A stretch of 64,000 nucleotides of DNA, taken from the NCBI RefSeq assembly GCF_018977255.1, contig NW_024704762.1, positions 2,108,001 to 2,172,000 of the forward strand, given 5' to 3'. The notes beneath the pieces were generated by a model. The model was not told the origin of the DNA, did not search any database, and saw nothing but the letters and a program-made list of their open reading frames with translations. The stretch is from Callorhinchus milii (Eukaryota). Both the position numbers and the translations under genes were made by a program. This document shows positions 1 through 12,129 of the stretch, piece by piece (position 1 is the first letter of the stretch; every line of letters starts with the position of its first letter).

Positions 1-589
1 ACATTGTAAATGGTATCACGATTTTCTGGTCACCCTGTAGAAGGAAAGAGGAGTTAAATGCCCCTGAGGAGGGGAAGAAAATGGGGATTGAAGAGAAAAG
101 AACAATAACTGGGGCTAGAGAAGACTTTGGTATCTCTCAGAACTGGAAAGAGCTTTTGATTGAGGACATTAGAGTCAGACTGCAGACGGCATCACAGCAG
201 GGCATCCTCTTGACAGTAGCTGGGAGGCTTTGATCATCAATTTCCTGTTCCACAAAGTGAATTCAGTACAGAAATAATAAGGCTTTGGGGCCTTTGATGT
301 TTTTTCATTCTGAGAGAAACCTTTCTTCCATTTCCGTTTGTTGTTCCGTCCTCATTCTCTCTTGTTTCAGGAAGTCGAGTGGGATATGCATAAGGAATCA
401 TCATTCCACCAACTTAGCTTCTTCCCAAGCCCTACTGGACCCTGGGTTTGGGAAGGGGAATGATCAGCCCGGCCAGTTCTCAGCCAATGAACTATGTCGG
501 AATGCGGGCATCACAGGTCTGAATTCCACTTGGTCTTAGTCTTAGGTCTTAAGATCAGAAGGTCGCAAGATTGGTTTGGATGAAGATAG

Positions 590-717
590 ATTTATTTCAC
601 AAAACTATATCTTGGGATACACTATATAGTTTGGGACACGACATGTCCAGCGACGGCCAGGATGGTGGAAGCCGAACTGGATGGACCTTGGTCTTCTTTC
701 GGCTAGCAATTTCTTAT
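590..717 (+). mobile_element. CR1-like LINE 3' end (second CR1 3'UTR family)
   Basis: CCAGGATGGTGGAAGCCGAACTGGATGGACCTTGG recurs at ~36430 and ~51105. The 36280 copy is preceded by a WNRLP...FKNKFD ORF2 C-terminus. Confidence 0.55.
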
Positions 718-850
718 CATAGAATCATAGAATTATACAGCACAGAAGGAGGCCGTTCGGCCCATTGTATCTGTGCCGGCTCTTTGAAGCTACCCAAATC
801 AATCCCACTCCCCCGCGCTCTCCCCGTAGCCCTGCAAACTTGTCCTATTA
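718..850 (-). mobile_element. CR1 LINE 3' end
   Basis: CATAGAATCATAGAA is the reverse complement of the CR1 (TTCTATGA)n tail, followed by ACAGCACAGAAGGAGGCCGTTCGGCCC (CR1 3' hairpin region). Confidence 0.75.
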
Positions 851-1014
851 TCTTCTTATCTTCTTAAGGAGTCCCTTCGGCCTATCTGATCTCATCCTTC
901 CAGGACGCCCTCATACCGTCCCTCCCTTCACAGCATTGAGCAGTTTTTTTAAATCCCAGTGATCCCAGTCAGCGAGCTCCAGCGCGGTCGCGGTAATGGG
1001 ACTGAGAGGCATTT

Positions 1015-1430
1015 GAGCAACAAGGTTGATCCCCAGTGTTAGAGGAATGAGCTATGAGCAACAGTTAGACAAGCTAGGGCTCTTCAGCCTTGAAAAGAGA
1101 CGTCTCAAGGGGATCTTGTAAAGGTGTGCAAGATTTTAAATTGGAAAATAAACTCAACAATACTTTCAGAAGCACCGAGACAGCAGAGCAAGAGGTCACG
1201 GGTTTAGAGTTGCAAAGGACAATTTCAAGACACACACCACAAGGTTTTTTCTTTACCCAGAGGATATCTAATGATCAGAATTAGGTTACCATGAAGTTCG
1301 GTTAATGCCAGGACACTGGGACTCATTTAAAAATCAAATTGATACTGTGATGGGAGGACTGTAGAGTGAGGGATGAGATCGGGTGAGGTCAGGCTGAAGG
1401 GCCTTCTTCATCCGAACCAATCTTGCGATT
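1015..1430 (+). mobile_element. CR1 LINE ORF2 C-terminal fragment and 3'UTR, decayed
   Basis: Translates ATRLIPSVRGMSYEQQLDKLGLFSLEKRRLKG, then ...FFFTQR. These are typical CR1 ORF2 C-terminal motifs. Confidence 0.85.
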
Positions 1431-1832
1431 TTGGGATCGGCAAACAGGAATGCTTCACTGGCAGGTTATAATCCTTGCATTTGATACATCGCCTTATCAC
1501 GACTTCGAGACGTCTCAAAGCGCTTCACAGAATATACTGTAAAAGGTAGTGACTGTGTATTTTGTGGGTGAAATGTTTAATGCTCGAGGGATGGCGATAG
1601 CTATTTTTAAAATAAAAATAAAAGATCCATGACAGATTTTCTACCATCAGTAAAAATTGGCAACTGTTCCGGGTTGTGGTCTGTTAAACGGTTTGAGGGA
1701 GGGCTTAGTGCTGTGGTGAGCGATGGCATGAACTAATAATAATAACAATAATCCTTGCATTTAGTATAGCGCCTTTTCCCGTCTTCAAGACATTTTCAAA
1801 GCGCGCCACAGAATATACTTATATAAATTGAT

Positions 1833-2312
1833 AGTTAGACCACAGTCAGAATACTGTGTCCAGTGTGGATCAGCCAACTTTAGGAAGACGTCAAGGAAGC
1901 AGAGGGGTGCACAGGAGATTCACTGGGAATGAGTGGTTTGGTCTATAAGCGAGATTGGAGGTCTAGGGAGTTTGGGAAATTCTGCTGAAACAATGGGTGA
2001 CCTGATCAAGGTCTTTAAAATTATGAGGGATTTTGCTAGAATCAACAGGGAGACATTACTTCTACTGTTTGGTGAATCAGTCATGAGAGGGCATCGATTT
2101 AAAATAACAAAAGGGAAAATGTGGAAATTAGGAGAATTGTTTTCAAGTTAAGATACTAAATGAGCTGTTGGTTGAGGCAGAATCCATATTGGCCATCAAG
2201 AGGAAACTAGACAGATACATAGAAACAGGAGGCAGCCATTCAGTCCCTCGAGCCTGTTCCGCCGGGAGAGAGGGGAGGAAGGAGGTAAACGGGACTGACA
2301 GGATTGCTCTTG
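1833..2312 (+). mobile_element. CR1 LINE ORF2 C-terminal fragment, decayed
   Basis: Motifs VRPQSEYCVQ, GDLIKVFKIM, RGHRFKI and KRKLDRY, with frameshifts. Confidence 0.8.
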
Positions 2313-2934
2313 AGGGACTTGCCCAAAACGTGGATACGGAGGCGGTGGCAGAAGCCACTTAAAGACAACCGAACACACAGGAGAAGGAGCAGTGCTGAGC
2401 TGTTCACTTTATGTGCCCGGGTTGGAAGCCAGCGATACAGGCGATACACCATCTGTGAAATTGTAACTTTGTGCTTGACTCAAAATCCCCTTAAAACAAA
2501 TAATACGCTATTATTCTCCACGTTCGCCCCGGAGTAGTGTTCTAAAGTGGACTCCCAGGATTTTCCTCTACAATTTGTAATGAAATAAAACGAGTTGATG
2601 GAAGAGTATCATTGGACTTTTTACACTGTTCAGGGTTGGCGCAGACACATTAATCCTTTTAAATCCACAGCGCTGGGAAGGCAAAAATACATCAACATTA
2701 CCACCTTTGTTACCTTACACTGAGAGGATAAGAGCTGACGACTTGTGCCCGGTTTCTGATTGCACTGCTCACATATCCACACAAATGTCACTTTGCAGTC
2801 CTTATCATTGAAGAAATGCAAACCTGCATTTCGGAAGCTCCTGAGTGTTTTAATTTTTGTGTCGTGATGCGGTGTACAACCCGGTCGTTTGCTTTCCCTG
2901 TATGATCCCAGTATTATTCTGCTTCCCGTCTCCT

Positions 2935-3210
2935 ATCTCACCCACCCTTTTCTCCCATACCTGCTCCCTACTCCCTCCCTCCCTCCCTCCCTCCCTCCCA
3001 CTGAACTCAATCCCCCTCCCACCACTTCCTCTCACCTCCTTTCCTTCACTCTCCCTGCCTCCACTCCCCAATTACCCCTCGCCCCCACTCCAGCCCCTTC
3101 CTTCAACTCCCATTCTCACCTCCGTTCCTCCCTCCTCCTCTCACCTGCTCCTTCGCCCATTATCTTCCTCAATCGTCCCCCATCCGTCTACCTCCCCCCT
3201 CTTCCCCCAT
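2935..3210. repeat. C/T-rich low-complexity tract
   Basis: (CCCT)n and polypyrimidine runs. Confidence 0.85.
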
Positions 3211-3525
3211 AATTGCGTATCTTAGCAATTTACCCACCGGGACATGCCGGTGTGTGGATGCTGGGAGAGGACAGGATTGGGATCACCTGTGATCTGTCCA
3301 TCTCCCCGCCCAGGTCTCTCTCTCTCTCTCTCTGTCCTTTTGGAAAGCAGCCTTGCCCCACGCAACACTCCCCACCCCACCCTTCAGTCACTATGGGGCA
3401 AAAAGATGGAAGAGAGTGGGGCGGTGTTGGGTGGGGACAGTGCCACCAATAACAGCAATAACAACTTACATTTATATAGCGTCCCTCACACGAGGTAGTG
3501 TCTCGGAGCACCACAGGAGAAAGCT

Positions 3526-3737
3526 GTATGTGTGTGATGGTGTGTGTGTGTGTATATGCTGTGTGTGTGGTGGTGTGTGGTGTGCGATGTGTGAGGTGGC
3601 GGTGTGTGTGTATGTATTTATGTGGTGTGCGTGGTGGTGTGTATGTGTTTGGTGTGAGTATTTGGTGTGTGGTGGTGGTGTTGTGTGCGTTTCTTTGTGT
3701 GTGTTTGGTGGTGTGTGTGTGGTGGCGGTGTGTGTGT
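3526..3737. repeat. Degenerate (TG)n/(GGT)n microsatellite
   Basis: Seen directly. Confidence 0.9.
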
Positions 3738-5101
3738 AGAGGAAATAATTAAAACAAAACCCATTTAAATTTGTTAATTAAAACATTTTACAAAGAAGAA
3801 GCCAAGGACGTGGTAATTATTTCTCTGCTGAACCCTCAAGGCACATTTGCCAGGCAGAGTTGTGTTGACCTGACAATCGCATGCTAATGACTTTCGACGG
3901 GAACTCACGCAAATTGTGAAAATTGCTCATTTGATTCTGGCTTCGGATTCTTGTCCTGTTTTGGGACGAGAGCTGATTTGCCTAATGACTAATGAGTAGG
4001 CAGCCTTCCGAGTTTCAAGGAGCCTTTCAAGATAACGGGACCTGAGTTGTTTCAACTCTTCCCAGGAGTAAAAGGGTAGACTTTAATCTCCTGCGAGACA
4101 GGGTTGTGTCACATTCATTTGGCATTTAAGGGTGCAAGAAGCAAGCATCACAACTAATTTCTTCAAGCAACCCGCCTTCAACAAGGCTGTGGTCCTTAGA
4201 GTTTTTCACGCCTGAGGAAACTCAAAATAATCAGGATTAATCTTTTATTCTTGTATTTTTGTGACCAGTGTGTTTTTTTTAATCAGCGATTTTTTTCTTT
4301 GCATCTTTTGTTGATTAAAATAAAAATTCTCGTTCGGTTCATCGCTCCTCTTTCCGCTAAAAGAGGAATAATAATAAGATATTAATCCTTACATTCATTT
4401 GATACGGCGCCATTTCATGTCACAGGGACGTCTCCAAGTGCTTTGGGGGATTTTACTCCTAAGTGTAATTTGCTGCGCGTACCAACAAATACACAGTCAC
4501 TCCACTTAACAGTGATTACTATGAAGCGTCTGGATTTGGTTCAGTATTATAGGTGCTCTATACAGTACAGTGCAATACAAATTTACATTTGTAATAATAA
4601 TACTTACTTGCCTTATCACGTTGTCAAGATGTCTCAAAGCGTTTCATAGGATATACTGTAAAGTGGAGTGACTGTATTTAGTGGGCGAAACGTGGCTGCT
4701 AATTTGCACACATCAGTGTCCCACAAACAGCCATGGACTGAGTGACCAATTTTATTTGGGGGATTGTCAGCCAGGACATGGGGAGAGAGAAACAGGATAG
4801 GATTGAGTCAGAGAGGTCCAGGGATTCAAGGAGTTGCGATGGTGGAGTGGCGGGGACATGAAGAAGGCTGGAGCCATCTGAGCAAAGGGAACTAATTCAG
4901 ACCCTTGTGGGCTCTAAATTGCGCAATTTCTTGAGCTAAGTTGTGTAACTAGGGGATGTCCAACAATGCAACCCCTGGGCCACCCCCCCCCCCCCACCCC
5001 ACCCCCAGCACGCCACTGGAGTGAGACTGTGACCGTGAGGTGTGAACTCACAACAAGAGGGCAAATGTTCCACACAATGTGACTTTCTGTCGCATAATTG
5101 T

Positions 5102-5427
5102 GGAGTCCTGTAGCTCAGTGGTTAGAGCACTCGCTTTGCAAGCGAGAGACCTGAGTTCAATTCCAGACAGAGAGCGAAACCTTGGGCAAGTTTCCTTACT
5201 CCACACAGAGCCTAATAATAATCCCTTCAAAAACAAAAACAATAATAAATTGGTCATTTTCAATCTACGACTGTTTGTGGGACATTGCTGTGCGCAATTG
5301 GCTGCCGCGTTCGCCCACAAATGTACAGTCAATTCACTTTACAGTGTGTTCTGTGAAGCGCTTTGGGACGTCCTCCCGACGTGAAAAGCGCTATATCAAA
5401 TGCAAGGATTATTATTATTATTATTAT
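5102..5427 (+). mobile_element. tRNA(Ala)-derived SINE, family A, young short subfamily, full length
   Basis: A box TAGCTCAGTGG; anticodon arm CTCGC-TTTGCAA-GCGAG; B box GAGTTCAATTCC; L2-type 3' stem-loop; (TTA)n tail. Confidence 0.92.
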
Positions 5428-5669
5428 AACCATGACTCAGAGGCGAGAATGCGACTGAGCCGGGCTGAGAGCTTACCTCACTCACAGAGGCCCCAGGTTG
5501 GTCAGTGTGGGACTAGGACAGTGTCACATTGGTGCAGTAGGTGGGCGCTCTTCTGAGTTTGGTCCAAGTCATGACGCTAATAAGGAACGTGATCCAACTT
5601 CTAACATGGTGAACATTTCGCGATGTGCCAAAAAAAACCTCAAAATCCATCAGATGATATAATTTGACT

Positions 5670-5968
5670 GGAAATTCCTATCACACCTCTGTTTACCTAG
5701 CAGTAAGCAGGAACCCATTTGTTAGTCGATTCGCGGAATCGCTTTTCCAGGGGTAATAATCCCTTCGAAATAAAAAATAGTAACAATTTGGTCGCTCAGC
5801 CCACGACTGTTGTGGGACGCTGCTGTGCGCAATTGGCTGCTGTGTTTCGCCCAGAAAATACACAATCAATTCACTTTACAGTATATTTTGTGATGCGCTT
5901 TGAGACGTCTCGAAGACGTGATAAGGCGCCATATCAAATGCAAGGATTAATAATATTATTATTATTAT
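5670..5968 (+). mobile_element. SINE family A, 5'-truncated, long form
   Basis: CCTCTGTTTACCTAGCAGTAAG body, GCAATTGGCTGC block, L2-type tail and (TTA)n. Confidence 0.85.
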
Positions 5969-7020
5969 TCCTATCAGGAACTCAGAAGGAGTCAGAGCCC
6001 TACAGGAGACGCTGAAACCAGATAGAAAGCTAATCTGTGAATGTGTGCAATTAATGTGACACTCAGAGGCAGTTTCTTTCCAACGCTTTAGGTGAGAATG
6101 GAAATGATTGAAAGGACATGAATTCCGGGGATGAGATGAACTTTAATATAGCAGTCAATTCAGGGGCTCGGGGGAGGGGGGGAGGTGGAAATCAAAGGAA
6201 TGAAGCCAAACTTCTGTCCGCCTTCTACAGATGTCAATGTCATTCATCACTCTCCTTCACCCCGGGCAGCGCTGTGCTAAAGAGGAGGCCCAGAGACCAT
6301 TAACATGATATCAATGTGTAATGGGTCGATCGACTATCAATTCTGCCTATTGGATAAGGGAGTTTCTCTCTCCCAGTGCCCTGCCCCACCATCCCCCAGA
6401 TAAAAGCCATCATTCACTCCAAGGACGCTTGAGGGACATTGCTGTGTGCAAATTAGCCGCTGGATTTGCCTGCAAAACACACGGTCATTAATTAATTAAT
6501 TGATTAATTAATCTTGATAGAGAGCCTTCTCACGTTTTTGAGACATCTCAAAGCGCTTCAAAGGATACACTGTAAAGTGGATTGACTGTGTACTGTTTGT
6601 GAGTGAATAAAACTAGACTTTATAATAAATCCTGCGAAGCACTTTGAGTATCTTGATAATGTTATATAGCTGTTATATCAAATGATAATTACTATATTAG
6701 GGTCTAAAATTAACAACCTAAAATTGCTTTTGCCTCAGCGTCGCACAGGATAGTGGTGCTCAGACCCTGAGAGGGTTTTTATATCTTGATATTTTATTAA
6801 CTATGGATGCTAATTTGAGTTGGTTAATTAACATTAATTTCCCCCCTGTTAATAACTAAAGGCATCATTGAGCACATCTGCAAATACAGTCACTTTACAG
6901 TAAGCCCTGTGAAAAAGCACTGTGAGACGTTTTGAATGATGTGATAAGGCACTATGTCAGATGCAGCTTTGTCATTTTCTCTCTAAAGCTTCACTGAAGA
7001 TTAGATTTTTGGCATCAGAC

Positions 7021-7612
7021 GGGTGTCTGACACATGGAGAAACCCATCGTATCCACATGAAATCCACATATTCCAGAAACTCCTGTGACTGGAATGGAAT
7101 GTGCACTCTCTCCCCGGAGGGATCCACCCTGCTTACCTAATACCAGAGATTATTGGAGGATTCCTGTAACTTAGTGGTTAGAGCGCTCACCTCGTAAGAG
7201 AAAGGACCTGGGTTCAATTCCCAGCCAGGGCAAAATATTAGGCAAGTTTCCTTACTCCACACACCTCTGTTCACCTAGCAGTAAGTGGGAACCTGGTTGT
7301 TAGTCGATTGACGGATCATTTTTCAGGGGTAATAATCACTCCCTCAACAAATAATTGGGTCATTTAATCCACGACTGTTTGTGGGACGCTGCTGTGCGCA
7401 ATTGGCTGCTGTGTTTCGCCCACAAAATGTGCAGTCAATTGACTTCACAGTATATTCTGTGAAGCGCTTTGAGACATCTCACTGACGTGATGCTGTATCA
7501 AATGCAAGGATTAATATGATAACATTGGGTGCAGGCTGGCAAGAGCCAAGGTTTGGGGACTGCTGCGTGTGAGTATGGAGGGTGGCTGCTGGAGTTTAAC
7601 AAGCTAAGACAT
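7021..7612. repeat. Unidentified dispersed repeat ('family C'), interrupted by a SINE at 7155-7516
   Basis: 7021-7154 and 7525-7612 are collinear with the reverse complement of 9239-9615 and with 23735-23955. Confidence 0.7.
7155..7516 (+). mobile_element. SINE family A, full length, long form
   Basis: tRNA-like head, GGCAAGTTTCCTTACTCCAC body, L2-type tail. Confidence 0.9.
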
Positions 7613-7969
7613 TAATTGAATGGGTTAACATCTCAAATGGACCGCAGATGATTTCTGCCCGGGTTCCTGAAGATGGGTGGTCACTGGAATAAGCAACGAA
7701 TGCCCTGTGAGTAGCAGAGAATGGATGGTGAATGGAGCAGTGGGGGAATTGTCACAGATTTCACTTTTGATTACCAGTGACAAGACAGCAGTTATTTTGA
7801 ATGAGGACCTGGTAGCAGCATTGAGTCTATCGGTGCTGGCAGGTCTGACAGAGAGTTGCAGTGTGAAGGCTATTAGTTTTAATGCACAATTTTCAGGGCA
7901 GCCAAGCAGCAAGTTCAATTGTTCTGCTCCTTTTCGAAAAGTTTTGTAATGAAAACTTGAAGCAACTTC

Positions 7970-8978
7970 CACCTGGCTCAGTCGTTCTCTCTCCTGCCTC
8001 TGGTTCCAAAGGTTGTATGTTGGGACTTTGATCTCACGGTCTCGGCTGACACTCCAGGGCAGCGTCAATAAAATATAATAAAAATAAAATATGGTAAATA
8101 ATAATAATAATAATAATAATAATAATCCTTGCATTTGATATAGCGCTTTTCACGTCGGGAGGACGTCCCAAAGCGCTTCACAGAACACACTGTAAAGTGA
8201 ATTGACTGTATATTTGTGGGCGAACGCGGCAGCCAATTGCGCACAGCAATGTCCCACAATCAGTCATGGATTGAAAATGACCAATTTATTATTGTTTTTG
8301 GTTTTGGAGGGATTATTATTAGGCTCTGTGTGGAGTAAGGAAACTTGCCCAAGGTTTCGCCCTCTGCCTGGAATTGAACTCAGGTCTCTAGCTTGCAAAG
8401 CGAGTGCTCAACCACTGAGCTACAGGACTCCAAATACACTAAATGTTATAAAATGTAATAAATTAAAACATAATTAAATGAAACGAAATAGCTCCAGTTC
8501 AGGGCTGGGCAGTGCATTGCCTTGTCAATAAAATATAAATATAATCAAATAAATTATAATAAAATAGCCCACAAAATGCACAGTCAATATATTCTGTGAA
8601 GCGGTTTGAGATGTCTCAACGACGTGATAAGGCACGACATCAAGTGAAATAATTATTATATTATTGTTGTTGTCGGAGGTGCCGTCCTTCAGATGAGATG
8701 TTAAACTAAGGTCCCATCTGCCTGTTCAGTGTGGACGTCGAAGATCCCTTGGCACTACTCAAAAGTAGTAGAGTGTCTCTCTCCTGATGTCCTATCCAAC
8801 AATCTCCCAAAACAAAATCGCTCATTCACTTCATGTCCGTTTGTGGAACAGTGCTCTGCGTGAATTGGCTGCTGAGTTTGACTACAAATTGCAGAGTCCC
8901 CACTCTTCACAGTAAAAATCCCCTGAAGTTGCCTTTCGATGTGATAAGACGCTATTATTGTCAAATAGAATTCTTATT
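7970..8978 (+). mobile_element. Deu-domain SINE (family B, SacSINE1-like), fragmented by two later SINE insertions
   Basis: Head at 7970-8062, middle at ~8492-8525, Deu block GGAGGTGCCGTCCTTCAGATGAGATGTTAAAC from ~8670 to the tail. Confidence 0.7.
8098..8431 (-). mobile_element. SINE family A, young short subfamily, full length
   Basis: Near-identical reverse complement of 5102-5427. Confidence 0.92.
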
Positions 8979-9238
8979 GTTAGCTTCAGCTGAGGCAGGA
9001 AATGATCTGTGAAGTACAGCTGTTCATTGTCTGGGGAATGAAGAAAACTGCTACACTTCTTTGAAGTTTATGTTGAATAATAATTTGGCCGCTCTAAAAT
9101 GCGAGGAATATCTGGAGCCAGGTGGGATTTCTCCCCACGAGACCGACTCGGCTACTGTAATTCCCCCCACACACAACTCCGCAGTACCTCTGCCCCCTCC
9201 CAAAGTTGCACTGCCTGAATCTCCCTTTGCCTACAGAC

Positions 9239-9615
9239 CCTGAGGGCAGGGAATCCTCCCACTCAGCTCCTGGTAACCCTGCAAGCCAAAGGTCCTAGCT
9301 GGGTAAGCAGTGGGAAAGCTTGCCAGACAGCTCTATCAGTGATAAGCTGTGTGGTTTTAGCTGGTTAGACTCCAGTAGTTACCCCAATGCACACTCTGGG
9401 CTCCCCCCAAAGCCTTGGCTTTTTCCAACCTGCGCCTAATACTCTCCGGAATTAGGTAAGAGGGCTGCGTCCCTCCAGAGAGAGAGAGAGAGAAAGCGCA
9501 TTCTGTTCCAACAATCTATCTCTGGGATTTCCACGTGAAGGTGGGCTGCTCGGGATTCTCAGCTTGGTTTGGAGTCTCTTAAGCAACGGTGATGGGTTTC
9601 CGCATGTGTCCGACT
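9239..9615. repeat. Unidentified dispersed repeat ('family C'), longest copy
   Basis: Matches 26761-26908 directly and 7021-7612, 23735-23955 and 50418-50552 in reverse complement. Confidence 0.75.
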
Positions 9616-10084
9616 GACCAGAATAAAATAAAAACTATCTCTGGAGTTAAGTTGAAGATGCGAATACACTGAAGGAGACAGACATTTAAAAGAAAAATAG
9701 TTGATCTTTGTGAATAGTTGCGCCTGTTAGTGTGAGTGTCTGTCACAATCTGTGTGTGATGTGAACGGCTGTGTTTGGATCAACACTAATTAGGTGAAAC
9801 GGGAAGCAATTAGCGAGAGACTAGTGTGGAATTCATAGGTACTTGATGTCCTGGTTAGTAAAAATGGAAGGTTTTGCAACTTGGTTTTTGGCAGCTCTGA
9901 GATTATTCCCCTTTTTAACTTCTCTTTGTTTTTGGTGACCTGGGATAAAAGGGAGCTTTCTGACACAGCACGCCTCGCATCTCTGCTGATCTCAGACACC
10001 ACACAGCTCTCACTGGCGTCCTGCATTTCACGGCGAATTCCTTTCGAAATGGCTGATTTTTGTTATTGCCGAACAACGTTTGAT

Positions 10085-10440
10085 TCTCAGTCTCGACTCG
10101 GGAGTCAGAAGGCGGTTCAAATCCCTCCCAGTCTCCCCCGACACTCCAGTAGAGTACTGGGGGAGTGCTGGATTGTCGAAGGTGCCGTCCTTTGCATGAG
10201 ACGTTGAACCGAGGTCCCGTCTGCCTGTTCAGGTGGACGTTAAAAATCTCATAGCGCTATTGGAAAAGAGGTGGGAGTTTCTCTCTGCCCATGTCCTCGC
10301 CAACAAATCCCCCCCCCAAATAGAATTAATCACTACAAACTACACAGTCACTACACTTTACAGTATACGCGGTGAAGCACTTTGAGACGTCTCAACGATG
10401 TGATAAGGTGCTATATCAAAGGCAATGATTATTTTTAATA
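10085..10440 (+). mobile_element. Deu-domain SINE (family B)
   Basis: GGTGCCGTCCTTTGCATGAGACGTTGAACCGAGGTCCCGTCTGCCTGTTCAGGTGGACG plus an L2-type tail. Confidence 0.85.
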
Positions 10441-10833
10441 ATTAAGCTGCAGCGACTACAGATTTTTAGAGATTTGAGAAAATTACACAAAGATCCAGAG
10501 CGGACAGCATCGAGGGTGTAGAGAGCAGGAGAGCAGAGGAGACAAATCAGGAAGTCATAGTAATAATTCTCACATTTAATAGAGAGAATATAAAATTTTA
10601 AATTTTTTCTCAGTAATTACTGTTGAACGTAGTGACCGGGTGTTTGTAGGCAGATGCAGCAGCAAATTGACGCATAGCGATGTCCTACCTACAGCTATTA
10701 AATGAATGATCAATTCAGACTGGAGGATAGTTGGCCGACAAACTAAGAGAAACTCCCTTCACTTTTCAAATTGTATCACAGGAGAATAATAATAATTCTT
10801 CCATTTGATACAGTGCCTTATCACATCATTGAG

Positions 10834-11070
10834 ACAACAACAAATTACACTTGTACAGTGCCTTTCATGTCAAGAGGACGTCCCAAGGTGCTGGACAATC
10901 AGGGATCCACACCCGAGCTGGTGGTTGGGATCAGATCGGGTGGAGGGCAGGGAAGGTAGGGGTAGGAGGGTGACCAAAGGCACGGTTGAAGATGAGGGTC
11001 TAGAGATGGGTCTTGAAGAGGGCAAGGGAGGGGATGAGGCAGAGGGGCTGTGGGATGGAGTTCCAGAGGG
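10834..11070 (-). mobile_element. L2 LINE 3' end nested in a SINE tail
   Basis: (AAC)n tail, stem-loop, and LWNSIP...FKTHL motif on the minus strand. The host SINE tail is at 10785-10833 and resumes at ~11073. Confidence 0.85.
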
Positions 11071-12129
11071 TGCGTCTCAAAGCGTTTCACAGAACATTGC
11101 CACACTTCTTCCAGCGCTGTAAACCCACACTGCAATCCTATGTCCCTGGCGTGCAGGGATTATTATAATAAAGATTTATTATTAATAAGCGTATATAAGA
11201 CTTCTAAAATAAAGCTGGCACTCACTGCACAATGTGAGACTGCTATTGTCACACCGGCTTTAAATGCCCCGAGTCAATCTGGCTTGTACCACATACATAT
11301 TTTAAGACACTACATATTAAATTTTAAACACGGTTTAATGTCAAAATAATTTGTTTTCTTTTCAGTGATCAGTAAAAGGGATCTGGGTAAAGTCACGACC
11401 TCCTCAAGGATAAGGTAACTTGAAATATGGTTTTCTTTCAATATAATAATAATAATCCTTCTATTTGATACAGCGTTTCATCGTGAGGACATCTCAAAGC
11501 ACATTCACAAGTCTTTAGTGGGGGCGACACATGTGATGTGCCAGTTACCAGGAGATATACATTCCCTCTGCACCCTCCCCTGCCCCCCAAAAATTGACCC
11601 CACTATTTTTTGCATCCTAAATAAATCTGTTTCATTCCATAACACTACATTCTGCTCACAAGTGACGGTCAATCCAAAAAATAAAATGAATATTCCTTGC
11701 GTTTGATGCAACGGATTTCATGTAGGACGCCTTAAAGAGCTTCCCTGAATATACAGTAAAGTGTAGTGACGGTGTATTTTGTAGGCAACTTGCGCGCAGC
11801 AGTGTCCCGCAATCAGCCGTGACACGAATGATCAATTTTTATCTGGGGAATTGTCGGCCAGGACACCAGGAAAGAGAAACTCTTTTCTCTTTCTCCCGCC
11901 TGAAGTCAAATTGTGTCGGTCAACCAACCGTGGGAACACAAATTTAAATGCACTGGATCATGAGGCAACCCAGTGAAAAAATATAGCTGGCAACTTGCAG
12001 ACCGTGACTTAATAAAGAGACTTACAAGAGATAAGTAAAAGGTACATTAAACATGTTCACATGTTAAACATGAGTGTTCATAAGAGTCTTCCTTACATCA
12101 GGATATACTGGTGTGCGGGTAGTATGATC

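Noticed and set aside
1..75. Tc1/mariner terminus (CACCCTG|TA) or CR1 FWSP fragment
   Set aside because: Too short and cut by the window edge to tell the two readings apart.
5102..5175. tRNA-Ala gene (also at 8360-8431, 23511, 32797, 48724, 53950)
   Set aside because: The acceptor stem does not close, and each head continues into the same SINE body and tail. These are SINE heads, not tRNA genes.
7625..8134. 169-aa minus-strand ORF
   Set aside because: It starts in a SINE (TTA)n tail, crosses a family B head, and has no recognisable domain or convincing splice sites.
11366..11414. Plus-strand micro-exon (TTTTCTTTTCAG ... AAG|GTAACT)
   Set aside because: Good splice signals, but only 49 nt, with no recognisable peptide and no partner exons identified; such matches are expected by chance.
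12049..12076. p53-family response element (AAACATGTTC plus two further CATG cores)
   Set aside because: Only one half-site is perfect and the spacing is non-canonical; it is more simply a short local duplication.
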